Notes under the pieces: model-generated
Told to the model about the DNA's origin: nothing
What the model saw: the letters and a program-made list of their open reading frames with translations, nothing else
The model's database searches: none
NCBI GenBank assembly: GCA_000965745.1
Contig: CP009479.1
Span: forward strand, 160,001-224,000
Direction of reading: 5' to 3'
DNA length: 64,000 nt
Origin: an uncultured archaeon
Lineage (GTDB): Archaea; Thermoplasmatota; Thermoplasmata; Thermoplasmatales; Thermoplasmataceae
Shown here: positions 10,966 through 20,118 of the stretch, piece after piece
How positions within the stretch are numbered: the first letter of the stretch is position 1
Layout: every line of letters begins with the position of its first letter
Program-made: the position numbers and the translations under genes

Positions 10966-12175
10966 CCGTATCTCCCAGTGGTACGCGGATTTTTCCTGAC
11001 ATAAGCTTTGGAAGAAGAAAATCTCTTATTGAGACCAGCAATGTGCTTTCTCTTTGCGATAGATCTATTTTTTCAAGGATTTTTGCAGATATGGCACCAA
11101 ACAAATTCACCAAAGAGGATGGTGGCTTTATGGATTTTCTATCCAATACTTGATTCTTATTCAATCCTGGAACAGCGCTATGGGAGTTCATCCGATCCAA
11201 ATTTAAGAAACTCAAGAGGTAGTACCAGAAAGTAATGTTTGTCCCGTTTTTTACTTCGACATAATATGTAGTATCAATAGGCCAGAAATCTGTGAAGGAA
11301 AACCTTACTTCGCCAACTGTACCCTTCCTTCCTATTATTATGCCCGGACCTTCAACAAGATGTTTATCGTTATATCCCACTACACCATTTGACCCGAAGA
11401 CCGGTACATAGCCTTCTTGCCTTCTGTCTTGGCGTAGAGATTTTCCATAACGCAGGTCGATAGACTGCGCAATTTTCTCAACATTCCATCCCTTTGGTAT
11501 CTCTCCGAGTTCAGAATCAACCATTTCTCCTTCACTCGACTTATATGGATTTCCATTCTCATCTGGAAACTCAAAATCGATGAACCAGTGCTTGAATATT
11601 GCCTGTGCAGTGGATTCTAAGGTTTTGTTCATTTGTTGGTTGAGTTCGATTTTGGAATCGAGGTCAGCAAGTATCTTGGATATTACCTTTTGTTCCTTTT
11701 CCGGGGGACAGGGTACGATAGATTCTGCTATGACTTCTGCGGTTATTGATGGATACGCAGTCGTGCTGGTCTCAGCTATAGCTGACAAATAACTTGTGTA
11801 TTCATTAGTTGTAATAGAATAGTACAAAAAATCCGAATCTATTTTTCTTGGAGTCAAAACAACGAACCCGGTTGAGGCGATAGTACACGACTTGGAGCCC
11901 TTAATCCTACAGTAATGCTTCAAGTTTGGTCTCACAGAAGAAATCAAGATGTCTTTGTCTTGGACCACTCTTTTTGCTCTAGTTGGAGCTTCATTCAAGG
12001 ATAAATTTGTAGTTTTCCTGATTACCCCCTCCTCTACAGAATCAATGTCAATGTACTCTATGTACCGACAAGCTGTGTTTTTTTTCAGATTCTTTTCATT
12101 GATTGAGGCGAGTTCCTTCACAATTCTAGCGCTCCAACCATTGGGCAAATCGAGAGGAGAGCCATTTTGGTTCAA
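10958..12175 (-). CDS. hsdS: type I restriction-modification specificity subunit S
   Basis: Two target recognition domains separated by the conserved [23 protein letters not shown]...FKHWF and ELGEIPKGW regions. C-terminus [13 protein letters not shown]. Confidence 0.95.
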   Translation of the reverse strand: MNQNGSPLDLPNGWSARIVKELASINEKNLKKNTACRYIEYIDIDSVEEGVIRKTTNLSLNEAPTRAKRVVQDKDILISSVRPNLKHYCRIKGSKSCTIASTGFVVLTPRKIDSDFLYYSITTNEYTSYLSAIAETSTTAYPSITAEVIAESIVPCPPEKEQKVISKILADLDSKIELNQQMNKTLESTAQAIFKHWFIDFEFPDENGNPYKSSEGEMVDSELGEIPKGWNVEKIAQSIDLRYGKSLRQDRRQEGYVPVFGSNGVVGYNDKHLVEGPGIIIGRKGTVGEVRFSFTDFWPIDTTYYVEVKNGTNITFWYYLLSFLNLDRMNSHSAVPGLNKNQVLDRKSIKPPSSLVNLFGAISAKILEKIDLSQRESTLLVSIRDFLLPKLMSGKIRVPLGDTDE

Positions 12176-12211
12176 GAGTAGCCATCTCCGTTATAACTTT
12201 CAGATTTGCGT

Positions 12212-13018
12212 TCAATTTTCACTCTCAGTTTCCCCCACAATAACCATTGTTAAATCAAATGCTGCATTCAGCAAATTGGCGACATAATATAATTCATCAG
12301 AAATACTCTCCGATTGCTTTGTCTCAATCAATTTTTCGATATTCTTTTGTTTCTTTGGTTCCGTGATTTTCATCACGGAATCCTCTGCTTTCTTAGCCAA
12401 TTTCTTTGTAAAATTGGCATTTATTGACTCAAAGCCTTGTTGCTTTTGTTCATAAACTTGGAACAATTCTTTCCCAAGAATAGAGCCACTTTTTTTGATC
12501 CGTTCTGAATGCTGAACGAAATCTTTCTCCCCTTCTTTAAACGTAATGTAGTGCTGTTTTTTCTCATCAATCGCGTAATCTTCGCAATCTCGCAACGGAA
12601 TAAGCCTAGAGTTCTTAGTAACTTGCCGACTTAGGAATGCATCCTCAAATCTTTCGCCAGAAGAAACTTCTGGTGCCACATAATATGTTTCTTCATTACC
12701 AAGAATCTGTGCGTGCGCCCATAGGTGTCGATGTTGTTGGTTGTTGTTGGCTTTGTGAAGCTTAAATCTATAATAAGGACCACTGTATGTGCCATCTGCA
12801 ATGAACATCGAATTGCCTCTCGAATATCGTTCACTCAGCTTGAATTGGTAATAAAAGTCCTTTCCTCTAGTTGGTAGTTTAACATCCCATCCTAATTTCG
12901 CTTCTCCTCTTAGGCTTGGGAGAATTGGAACTCCGATGACTTTTCTCCATTTACGAAGGGTTTGTTCGTGAAGGAATGCATAGCCAAAGGAAAACTCAGA
13001 TAAACCTATATCTGCCAT
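12212..13018 (-). CDS. putative restriction-endonuclease-fold (PD-(D/E/Q)xK-like) protein inserted in the hsd operon
   Basis: SEFSFGYA...[10 protein letters not shown]...YQFKLS pattern. The start overlaps the hsdM end. Confidence 0.6.
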   Translation of the reverse strand: MADIGLSEFSFGYAFLHEQTLRKWRKVIGVPILPSLRGEAKLGWDVKLPTRGKDFYYQFKLSERYSRGNSMFIADGTYSGPYYRFKLHKANNNQQHRHLWAHAQILGNEETYYVAPEVSSGERFEDAFLSRQVTKNSRLIPLRDCEDYAIDEKKQHYITFKEGEKDFVQHSERIKKSGSILGKELFQVYEQKQQGFESINANFTKKLAKKAEDSVMKITEPKKQKNIEKLIETKQSESISDELYYVANLLNAAFDLTMVIVGETESEN

Positions 13019-14670
13019 CCTATATTCTCCAGATTTACCTTTATCTCTTCATCCAATCTATTGCTCTCTTCCATCTGCTGTTTCAATTCAGAAGTTAGCT
13101 TCTGCATCTTTTTCTGGAATTCTTCATCATCGTCCTCCTGCTCTTCAGAACCGACATATCTTCCAGGTGTGAGGACATAGTTGTTCTGTCTGACCTCGTC
13201 AAGCTTCGAAGAATTGCAGAATCCGGGAACGTTTTCATAATGCCCGAATTCTGACTCGCCCCTCCATGCATGATAAGTGTCTGATATCTTCTTTATATCA
13301 TCCGGGCAGAATACTCTGTGTGTTCTGTCCGTCATTGTGCCCGATTTCCTGGCATCGATGAAGAGAGTTTCTCCTCTCCTGTCCCTGAAGTTGTGATTCT
13401 GCCGGTCTCTGGAAAGAAACCATAAACACGCGGGGATGGCAACATTATAAAACAGATTCGTCGGCAGTGCGACAATGCAGTCAACAAGGTCAGCTTCAAC
13501 CATCCCCTTCCTTATGTTGCCTTCATTGCTTGTGTTTGATGATAATGAACCGTTTGCCAGAACAAAACCTGCTGTACCACCGGGAGCAAGGTGATGTATG
13601 AAGTGCTGCACCCAAGCAAAGTTGGCACTTCCCGCTGGTGGTATGCCATATTTCCATCTCATGTCTTCCCTGTGGTTCTGGCCGTTCCAGTCGCTGTCAT
13701 TGAAAGGCGGATTCGCAAGAACGAAATCAGCCTTCAGGTCCCTGTGCTGATCCCTGGAAAATGTATCTGCATTGGTCTCTCCCAGATTGCCGTCGATGCC
13801 CCTGATGGCAAGGTTCATTTTGGCAAGTCTCCAGGTTGTTGGATTTGATTCCTGTCCGTAGACGGATATGTCGCCGATTCTGCCCCCATGGGCCTGTATG
13901 AACTTCTCGGATTGAACGAACATTCCTCCAGAACCACAGCATGGATCGTAAACCCTCCCGTGATACGGTTCAATCATTTCCACCAGCAATCTGACGATGG
14001 ATGCAGGTGTGTAGAACTGTCCCCCCTTCTTTCCCTCGGCAGATGCAAACTGACCGAGAAAGTATTCGTAAACTCTCCCAAGAATATCCTTTGATCTGTT
14101 TGACGAATCACCGAGGCCAATGCTGCCAACTATATCGATCAGCTGCCCGAGTCTCTCCTTATCCAGGGTTGGCCTGTTGTAATCCTTTGGCAGTACTCCT
14201 CTAAGTGAGGTGTTTTCCTTCTCTATTGAGTCCATTGCCTCGTCTATCATCTTCCCTATGAGGGGTGTTTTGGCAGCATTCTGTATCACATGCCATCTCG
14301 CATTTTTTGGAACCCAGAATATATTCTCACCAACATACTCATCACGGTCTTCAGGGTCCGCACCTTCCACTTTTTCCTCAAGCAATGCATTGTAGCGTTC
14401 TTCGAATGAGTCAGATATGTATTTTAAAAAAATCAATCCCAGGACAACATGTTTGTACTCAGCTGCATCCATATTGCTTCTCAGCTTGTCAGCAGCAGCC
14501 CATAGTTTTTTTTCTAGGTCGTGACCCCGGAATTCCTTAATGCAATCTTCCTTGTCTTTGTTGGGAGACGTCCGACCTTGTGATTGGACATTGTTTTGGG
14601 TATTGGTGTAATTGTCTAGTTTTGAATCTACCACCACTGCATACCGATTTAACGGGTATAAAATTTTCAT
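13006..14670 (-). CDS. hsdM: type I R-M N6-adenine methyltransferase subunit M
   Basis: [10 protein letters not shown]-terminal domain, [14 protein letters not shown] (motif I) and NPPF (motif IV). The true start may be further downstream (about 14634). Confidence 0.97.
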   Translation of the reverse strand: MKILYPLNRYAVVVDSKLDNYTNTQNNVQSQGRTSPNKDKEDCIKEFRGHDLEKKLWAAADKLRSNMDAAEYKHVVLGLIFLKYISDSFEERYNALLEEKVEGADPEDRDEYVGENIFWVPKNARWHVIQNAAKTPLIGKMIDEAMDSIEKENTSLRGVLPKDYNRPTLDKERLGQLIDIVGSIGLGDSSNRSKDILGRVYEYFLGQFASAEGKKGGQFYTPASIVRLLVEMIEPYHGRVYDPCCGSGGMFVQSEKFIQAHGGRIGDISVYGQESNPTTWRLAKMNLAIRGIDGNLGETNADTFSRDQHRDLKADFVLANPPFNDSDWNGQNHREDMRWKYGIPPAGSANFAWVQHFIHHLAPGGTAGFVLANGSLSSNTSNEGNIRKGMVEADLVDCIVALPTNLFYNVAIPACLWFLSRDRQNHNFRDRRGETLFIDARKSGTMTDRTHRVFCPDDIKKISDTYHAWRGESEFGHYENVPGFCNSSKLDEVRQNNYVLTPGRYVGSEEQEDDDEEFQKKMQKLTSELKQQMEESNRLDEEIKVNLENIGWQI

Positions 14671-15017
14671 CCTGCAACGATGTAGTTTTGTTTCTTCTTG
14701 AATATGAAATCAAACTGTTCAAACGTCAACTTGTTCTTGGTCTTCTCGATTTCTTAAGCCAGTTTCATAGCCTTTGTCTTCAGATCCTCTCTTGCTTCCT
14801 CACCCTTATTATATGCATCGAACGCGGTTTCACTCAGCATATTGTTCCAGAGAGGACATACAACAACAAATGTGCCTATCCTGTCCAGAATGAGGGGGAC
14901 CAAACCAATTGTACTTTTGAATTTCACATGGAATGTTCAACTTTCTGTATCCTGCAACTAAAAGATGGAAACATTAAAGTTTAGATAGCTTATATTTAGG
15001 GAAGATTGTCAGAATAT

Positions 15018-15497
15018 ATGCCAGACTCAAAGGTTCCCATTAGTACGTTCATAGAATTGTATAAGATCGAGAGTGGGCTGATTCAAAGGAAGGTTAATCA
15101 GATATTGACCATTCGTTCGATTTCTGTCACTTTTTTGGTTGGAATTCTTACTCTGATTGGGGTTCTTGGTCAAACTTCAATATCAATGGGTGTAGCTTAC
15201 GCATTGATTCTCTTGTTCATACCATTTTATTTACTAGAATCGGTTTACGATTCTCACCTTATACCAATGCATAACCGTGAACTTCTTTTGAAGGAGGAAA
15301 TAGCAAAAATGTTGAACTCGATTTACCCGGGAAATACCATTTCAGACGCCTACAAGACAAGTGGAGTAAGCCTATTTGATTTGTCACTTCACTGGCCCCT
15401 TTTCTATGCCCTGACGAGAAAGATTAGGATAGTATACTACGCGATAATCGTAATAATTTATGTATTAGTTGTCACTCTTATCACAAGCGTTATTTGA
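15018..15497 (+). CDS. 3-TM membrane protein, candidate cyclic-nucleotide-activated effector
   Basis: Amphipathic N-helix (ELYKIESGLIQRK), TM hairpin, soluble helix and C-terminal TM. TTATAT box about 25 nt before ATG 15018 (alternative start TTG 15006). Coupled to the cyclase gene. Confidence 0.75.
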   Translation: MPDSKVPISTFIELYKIESGLIQRKVNQILTIRSISVTFLVGILTLIGVLGQTSISMGVAYALILLFIPFYLLESVYDSHLIPMHNRELLLKEEIAKMLNSIYPGNTISDAYKTSGVSLFDLSLHWPLFYALTRKIRIVYYAIIVIIYVLVVTLITSVI

Positions 15498-15502
15498 GGG
15501 GA

Positions 15503-16219
15503 ATGGAAATGGCATCATGGGCAGACTATTCAAGAGCATCAAGATCTAGAATTAATGAATATGATCGGAAACGAAAAAAATACCCACCTAAGACCGGTTT
15601 GACAATGCCAGATCTCGAAGATTTGCAAATCGGTGGATCTAGGATGTTTCAATTGGCGGTATTGTCGATTGATATAAGGGGATTCACAAAAATAGCCATG
15701 GCTTACAACAACAAGGGAGTTGAAAGTTTAGCGAGAATTCAAGCCTTGTATCTGGCTGAAATGTCTAACATCATTAAAGAATATGATGGAGTTACTGAGA
15801 AATATACCGGGGACGGAGTAATGGGACTATTTGGAACTGAGTCTGATACTAACGCTATAAACGATGTTTCTAATGCGATAAAGGCTGCACTGACAGTGAA
15901 GTTAGTTCTCAAGAACTCTTTGAATCCATATCTAAAAGAGTCAGGACTGACTGAAATTCAACTTGGAATGGGGATCGATTATGGAACCGTCATGATGGAG
16001 AGAGTTGGTCTTAGAGGAGAAAACCAATTCTCGCTTGCTGGGCCTACTGTCAGCCTAGCTTCCAAAATGCAAGCCCAGGCCGAACCGGGGCAAATTATAA
16101 TCGGAGAAGATGTGAAGAAGAGGGTTCAGGGAAACGACTTGAAATTTGTAAAACCTCATAAAATCAATTGGGACTTCACATACCCATTATACCTTTATGA
16201 TGCTACCTGGAAAGAATAG
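15503..16219 (+). CDS. stand-alone class III nucleotide cyclase, Pycsar (PycC)-like
   Basis: SIDIRGFT and EKYTGDGVM carry the metal-binding Asp pair. GMGIDYG and GPTVSLASKMQ are present. N-terminal PDLEDLQIG resembles PycC. No sensor domain. Confidence 0.88.
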   Translation: MEMASWADYSRASRSRINEYDRKRKKYPPKTGLTMPDLEDLQIGGSRMFQLAVLSIDIRGFTKIAMAYNNKGVESLARIQALYLAEMSNIIKEYDGVTEKYTGDGVMGLFGTESDTNAINDVSNAIKAALTVKLVLKNSLNPYLKESGLTEIQLGMGIDYGTVMMERVGLRGENQFSLAGPTVSLASKMQAQAEPGQIIIGEDVKKRVQGNDLKFVKPHKINWDFTYPLYLYDATWKE

Positions 16220-16223
16220 TCAA

Positions 16224-16838
16224 TTCCCTCCTCGATGTGAATTATCCTGCTGTTCCTTATGTCGTAGAACAGCGTCACATAGACATGATGCTTCTCCACC
16301 GAGAATTCATCAACTCCCGGCACTGAGGTGCCAGAATAACCCTCTTTTCACGTGCTTCATCAACATAGTGTCTCATGATTCTCCACACAGAATCGTCGCT
16401 CATCCCGATCATTCTTGATACAGCGAGTGGAGGCATTTCTCTGCACATTTCGACTATCAATGCTTCAAAATGAAGGAAGAAACCTGATCCCCTGCTTGCC
16501 CATGGTACGTTCACAGTCTTCTTTCCATGCTCATTGCACAGTATTCTGGTATCTCTGGCGTGTACATAGGCTGGATACCGGAACACATTCAGGTGTCTCA
16601 ATGTCCTCTCTGTTGTGTCGTGCACTCCGGACGGCTCATGGCACACAGGAAATGGGAATTTCGATCCCCTGGGGAAATCTGTTGTGATGCCAACTCTCTT
16701 CTCGCTGTGATCAACGCTGATACCCTTTATTTTCCAGGGTTACTCAAGGCCTAGAAGCTTCCTGAACAGTTCCTCTGAATCCATGGATTGTGATCGAAAA
16801 GGAGCTTATTATTTACCCCGAATGATCGAGAGAGAACC
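16224..16838 (-). mobile_element. truncated, frameshifted ISL3 copy (left end plus 5' part of transposase)
   Basis: Closely parallels about 3125-3740, including the IR GGTTCTCTCTCGATC at 16838 and ATG GAT TCA GAG at 16784. Homology stops 5 nt after the cyclase stop codon. Confidence 0.9.
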
Positions 16839-16846
16839 AGTTTTAT

Positions 16847-17683
16847 TCAGAACGGGCTTTCAAAGTCAAAAAGTGTTCTTTTCCCAAGTTTTTCCACGTA
16901 ATCCCAGTATCTCCTGATAAAAGACCTCTGGAATTTCTTGCTGTTCTTCGGGAAATATATCTCATTGGCCCTTGCTGTTATCAGGCCAGCCTTGTCCAGG
17001 TCCTGGAGAAGCTCTGAAAAATCTGCCCTGATCATCTCCCTTTCCTCACCGACCGAGAATGCGTACGCCTCTGCAGAGGACTCGTAAAGGATGGTTGGAA
17101 GTGATGCTTTTCCCGTCCTTGCATAGTTGAGCGATATGAATGCAAACTTTACCAGAGGGTCAAGCTGGCTGATGTATGGATGAGGGAAGTTGCCTATAAT
17201 CCGCATACCCTCGTCAGAGGAAAGCTTCTTCAGGAATTCATCTGATGTTTCACCCTTGATCATTGCCCTGGCCGTAGATTTTTCTGTCGAGATCAGCCAG
17301 ATCATCTCAACCGGAAACAGATCAAAGGTTGATTCTCTCTTCAGGGGCTTCCCGTCTGCAATAATCAGGATGGAAGTGACCTTGTCCCTGCTTCCGGAGG
17401 TATCCTGCCTGTCATTTTCCATCTTCACCCTAAGGCCTTCTGCATCCTCAAGGTCGTCGGTGGTAGCATATGCGTAAAAAAACTCGTTTGATTCACTCCT
17501 AGAGACTGTCCGGACTGCCTTTATTCTTGAGTAGCCCTCCTCGATCCGGACATCTTTGACTGAAAGCTGGAGTTCACCGTAATTCTGCTGGATAAGGGAG
17601 TATGCTGCAGAGAGCAGCTCATGCTGCCCCAGGTTCCTCTCAGATTCTTCCTGGCGCTCCCTGATGATTTTCGGCGAGGTCAT
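16847..17683 (-). CDS. uncharacterised protein B2 (paralog of 5909..6952 lacking the nuclease motif; PIP-like tail)
   Basis: 278 aa. ATGA overlap with the upstream gene. Shared blocks with B1. Ends KRTLFDF. Confidence 0.8.
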   Translation of the reverse strand: MTSPKIIRERQEESERNLGQHELLSAAYSLIQQNYGELQLSVKDVRIEEGYSRIKAVRTVSRSESNEFFYAYATTDDLEDAEGLRVKMENDRQDTSGSRDKVTSILIIADGKPLKRESTFDLFPVEMIWLISTEKSTARAMIKGETSDEFLKKLSSDEGMRIIGNFPHPYISQLDPLVKFAFISLNYARTGKASLPTILYESSAEAYAFSVGEEREMIRADFSELLQDLDKAGLITARANEIYFPKNSKKFQRSFIRRYWDYVEKLGKRTLFDFESPF

Positions 17684-18567
17684 CTAACAACATCTCCTTC
17701 AATGCTTTCAAGAATGTCCAGGAGCCCTTCCATCTTGGAGTTAAGGGTCGGCAGGAATTCCAGCGAGTTCCGGTCAAGGTCTATCCTGTATGTTGACCGC
17801 TCATTTCCCCTGTGGAATGCGTAAAACGAAGTGACGCTCCCGGAGCTTCTTATCTCCCCAACGTTGAAATTCCTCCTTATTCTTGAGAAAAATTCCTCTT
17901 TCTGCAGTTCACTTGCAAGCCTGACCGAAAGCTTCTCGACGGGGACAAATTCCTGGTGGTCCAGTTTCATCTTGAGCCTGAGGTGGCTCAGTTTCTCCAG
18001 CATGTCCATATCAGCCTCTATCACGGCAGTTGAGGTCCTGTAAATAAGTTCCATCGCGTCCCAGTACCCACCGTGTATGAAATAATTGAAATCCTTCCTG
18101 ACAGTGACCTTCGAGCTGTCCTTGCTGAACGTCAACAGGAATGGTTTCATCCCCTTCTCCTCGTTCTCCTTCATCAGGTTTATAATGTCTTCTGAATGCC
18201 CTGCACTCCCCGGGGACTTGACATCAAGCCTACCGTTTCCTGATGAGCTGAACCCGTAGAGATCGTATCCCATTAATTTCGCAATATCCATCAGCCTGGA
18301 AAATGAGCTCCCCCGGATCTTCAGGAAGTCAAAATCGTCATAAAAATCCTCCCTGAATGTGGCATACTCGCCATGGGTGAGGGAGGACTGAATAAATCTG
18401 TAATTCTTAATGACAGGTATCGACCTGAGATCGAGATACTGCTGCCTGTGGATCTTGCTTATGAAAAACTCGCCAGGCGTACGGACAAGCGTGTATCTAA
18501 CTGTTCTCCCGCGCGAGAGTTTCGGGAGTGATTGCAGTGCAAGTTCCCTGAATTCTTCAAGCTCCAC
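17680..18567 (-). CDS. uncharacterised protein A2 (paralog of 4816..5913)
   Basis: 295 aa. TATA-like TCATATATAT upstream. Shared blocks with A1. Confidence 0.8.
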   Translation of the reverse strand: MELEEFRELALQSLPKLSRGRTVRYTLVRTPGEFFISKIHRQQYLDLRSIPVIKNYRFIQSSLTHGEYATFREDFYDDFDFLKIRGSSFSRLMDIAKLMGYDLYGFSSSGNGRLDVKSPGSAGHSEDIINLMKENEEKGMKPFLLTFSKDSSKVTVRKDFNYFIHGGYWDAMELIYRTSTAVIEADMDMLEKLSHLRLKMKLDHQEFVPVEKLSVRLASELQKEEFFSRIRRNFNVGEIRSSGSVTSFYAFHRGNERSTYRIDLDRNSLEFLPTLNSKMEGLLDILESIEGDVVR

Positions 18568-18636
18568 GCCGATATATATGAAATCAAAGTAAAAAGTTTG
18601 GCTCTCATCAGAGATCTGTTCAGGAAGAGAACTGGT

Positions 18637-19041
18637 TCAATGCCATTTCTTCCCGCCGGACGCTATTATGTCCTGTTTCCATATCGGAACTTCAGTCTTT
18701 ATGGTGTCAATCACGTGCCTGCACGCCTTGAATGCATCTCCCCTGTGCTCCGAAGAGACGCATATGACAACCGAATCCTCTGTGAGGGAAAGGTCTCCAA
18801 TCCTGTGGACCACATTTACATCATTCACGCCGAATCTGTCTACAGTGTCCTTAATGATCTGGTTCATTTTCTTCAGGGCCATATCCTCGTACGCTTCATA
18901 ATGCAGCGATACAACTTCTGTATCGCCCGAGAATCTCCTCACGGTTCCCTGGAATGTTACAAGTGCCCCGGAGTCCGCATTCCTGGTCGATTCTATCAGA
19001 TCAGAAAGATCGATCCTTTCCTTCTGTATTCTTGCAAACAT
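18637..19041 (-). CDS. moaE: molybdopterin synthase catalytic subunit
   Basis: GALVTFQGTVR, YEAY, HRIG, HR..AF and VPIWK motifs. Confidence 0.95.
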   Translation of the reverse strand: MFARIQKERIDLSDLIESTRNADSGALVTFQGTVRRFSGDTEVVSLHYEAYEDMALKKMNQIIKDTVDRFGVNDVNVVHRIGDLSLTEDSVVICVSSEHRGDAFKACRHVIDTIKTEVPIWKQDIIASGGKKWH

Positions 19042-19196
19042 GAATAATGGCCTCCATTAAGTGGCTGATGCAAGGCAACTCAACCCCTGTTGTGCTGCTG
19101 CACCGGTTTGTGCCTGCTTTATGGTATTGCAACAGGAATATAACACTATTTGTGAGAGCCAAGAAACAGTTTTAACCGGATTGATCATCTGCATTC

Positions 19197-19628
19197 ATGA
19201 TCGACATTTCGGAGAAGAAGGTCCAGGCGAGAACTGCTGTTGCTGAAGGAACTATCAGGCTCAAGAAAGAGACTGTTGATGCCATCAGGGCCAGCACGGT
19301 CAAGAAGGGCGACGTTCTTGAGATCGCCAGGACAGCTGCCATTATGGCATCAAAGTCAACTCCGCAGATAATTCCTTACTGCCACATAATACCCCTTGAG
19401 AAGACCTCAGTGGACTTCGACGTTGCAGATTCCAGCGTAAAGGTGAGATGTGAAGTCGGCTCCTCGTACAAGACGGGCGTTGAGATGGAGGCCCTGACCT
19501 GTGCTTCTGTGGCCCTGCTGACAGTGTGGGACATGGTCAAGTACATAGAGAAGGACGAGACCGGGAACTACCCCCTTACCTCTATCGAGAATGTCCATGT
19601 TGTCTCAAAGGTGAAAAAGGATGCATGA
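19197..19628 (+). CDS. moaC: cyclic pyranopterin monophosphate synthase
   Basis: MIDISEK, KKGDVL, IPYCH, TGVEMEAL and WDMVK motifs. Confidence 0.96.
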   Translation: MIDISEKKVQARTAVAEGTIRLKKETVDAIRASTVKKGDVLEIARTAAIMASKSTPQIIPYCHIIPLEKTSVDFDVADSSVKVRCEVGSSYKTGVEMEALTCASVALLTVWDMVKYIEKDETGNYPLTSIENVHVVSKVKKDA

Positions 19629-20109
19629 GCATAGAATCCCGGGTTTGAAGCCGAGGTTCGCAGTCCTTGTCACAAGCACCACAAGAAGCAGGGAGACGGA
19701 TACCTCAGGGCAGCCACTGATGGAGTTCCTCAAGGGGAAAGGGTACAAAGTCTCTGCCTATGATGTGATAACCGATGACCCTGATGCAATAAAGGCGAAA
19801 GCGCGGGAACTGCTCGAAAAAAGCGATGCACTGGTGATATCAGGAGGAACCGGCATATCGGCCAGTGATTTCACTGTACAGGCCATAAGGGGCATTTCAT
19901 CCAGGGAAATTGATGGTTTTTCCAACATCTTCTCCATGCTGTCCTTCGAGGAAATAGGGACATCGGCAATCATGTCGTCCGCAAGCGCGTTTGTTGTCAG
20001 CAACAAGCCGGTATTCTGCCTGCCCGGATCACCATCCGGAGCAAGGATGGGTGTGGAGAGGATTATCCTGCCCGAAATAGACCATATAATTCACGAACTC
20101 AGCAAGTGA
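19621..20109 (+). CDS. moaB: molybdopterin adenylyltransferase MoaB/MogA family
   Basis: DTSG, SGGTGISASDFT and LPGSP motifs. Confidence 0.92.
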   Translation: MHEHRIPGLKPRFAVLVTSTTRSRETDTSGQPLMEFLKGKGYKVSAYDVITDDPDAIKAKARELLEKSDALVISGGTGISASDFTVQAIRGISSREIDGFSNIFSMLSFEEIGTSAIMSSASAFVVSNKPVFCLPGSPSGARMGVERIILPEIDHIIHELSK

Positions 20110-20118
20110 GACGCCGCA

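Noticed and set aside
14580-14984. 134-aa plus-strand ORF
   Set aside because: It overlaps the hsdM start on the opposite strand and has atypical composition; likely a shadow ORF.
2478-16846. Composite transposon formed by the two ISL3 copies
   Set aside because: The outer flanks (TTTAATAT vs AGTTTTAT) are not a target duplication, and both copies are defective and diverged.
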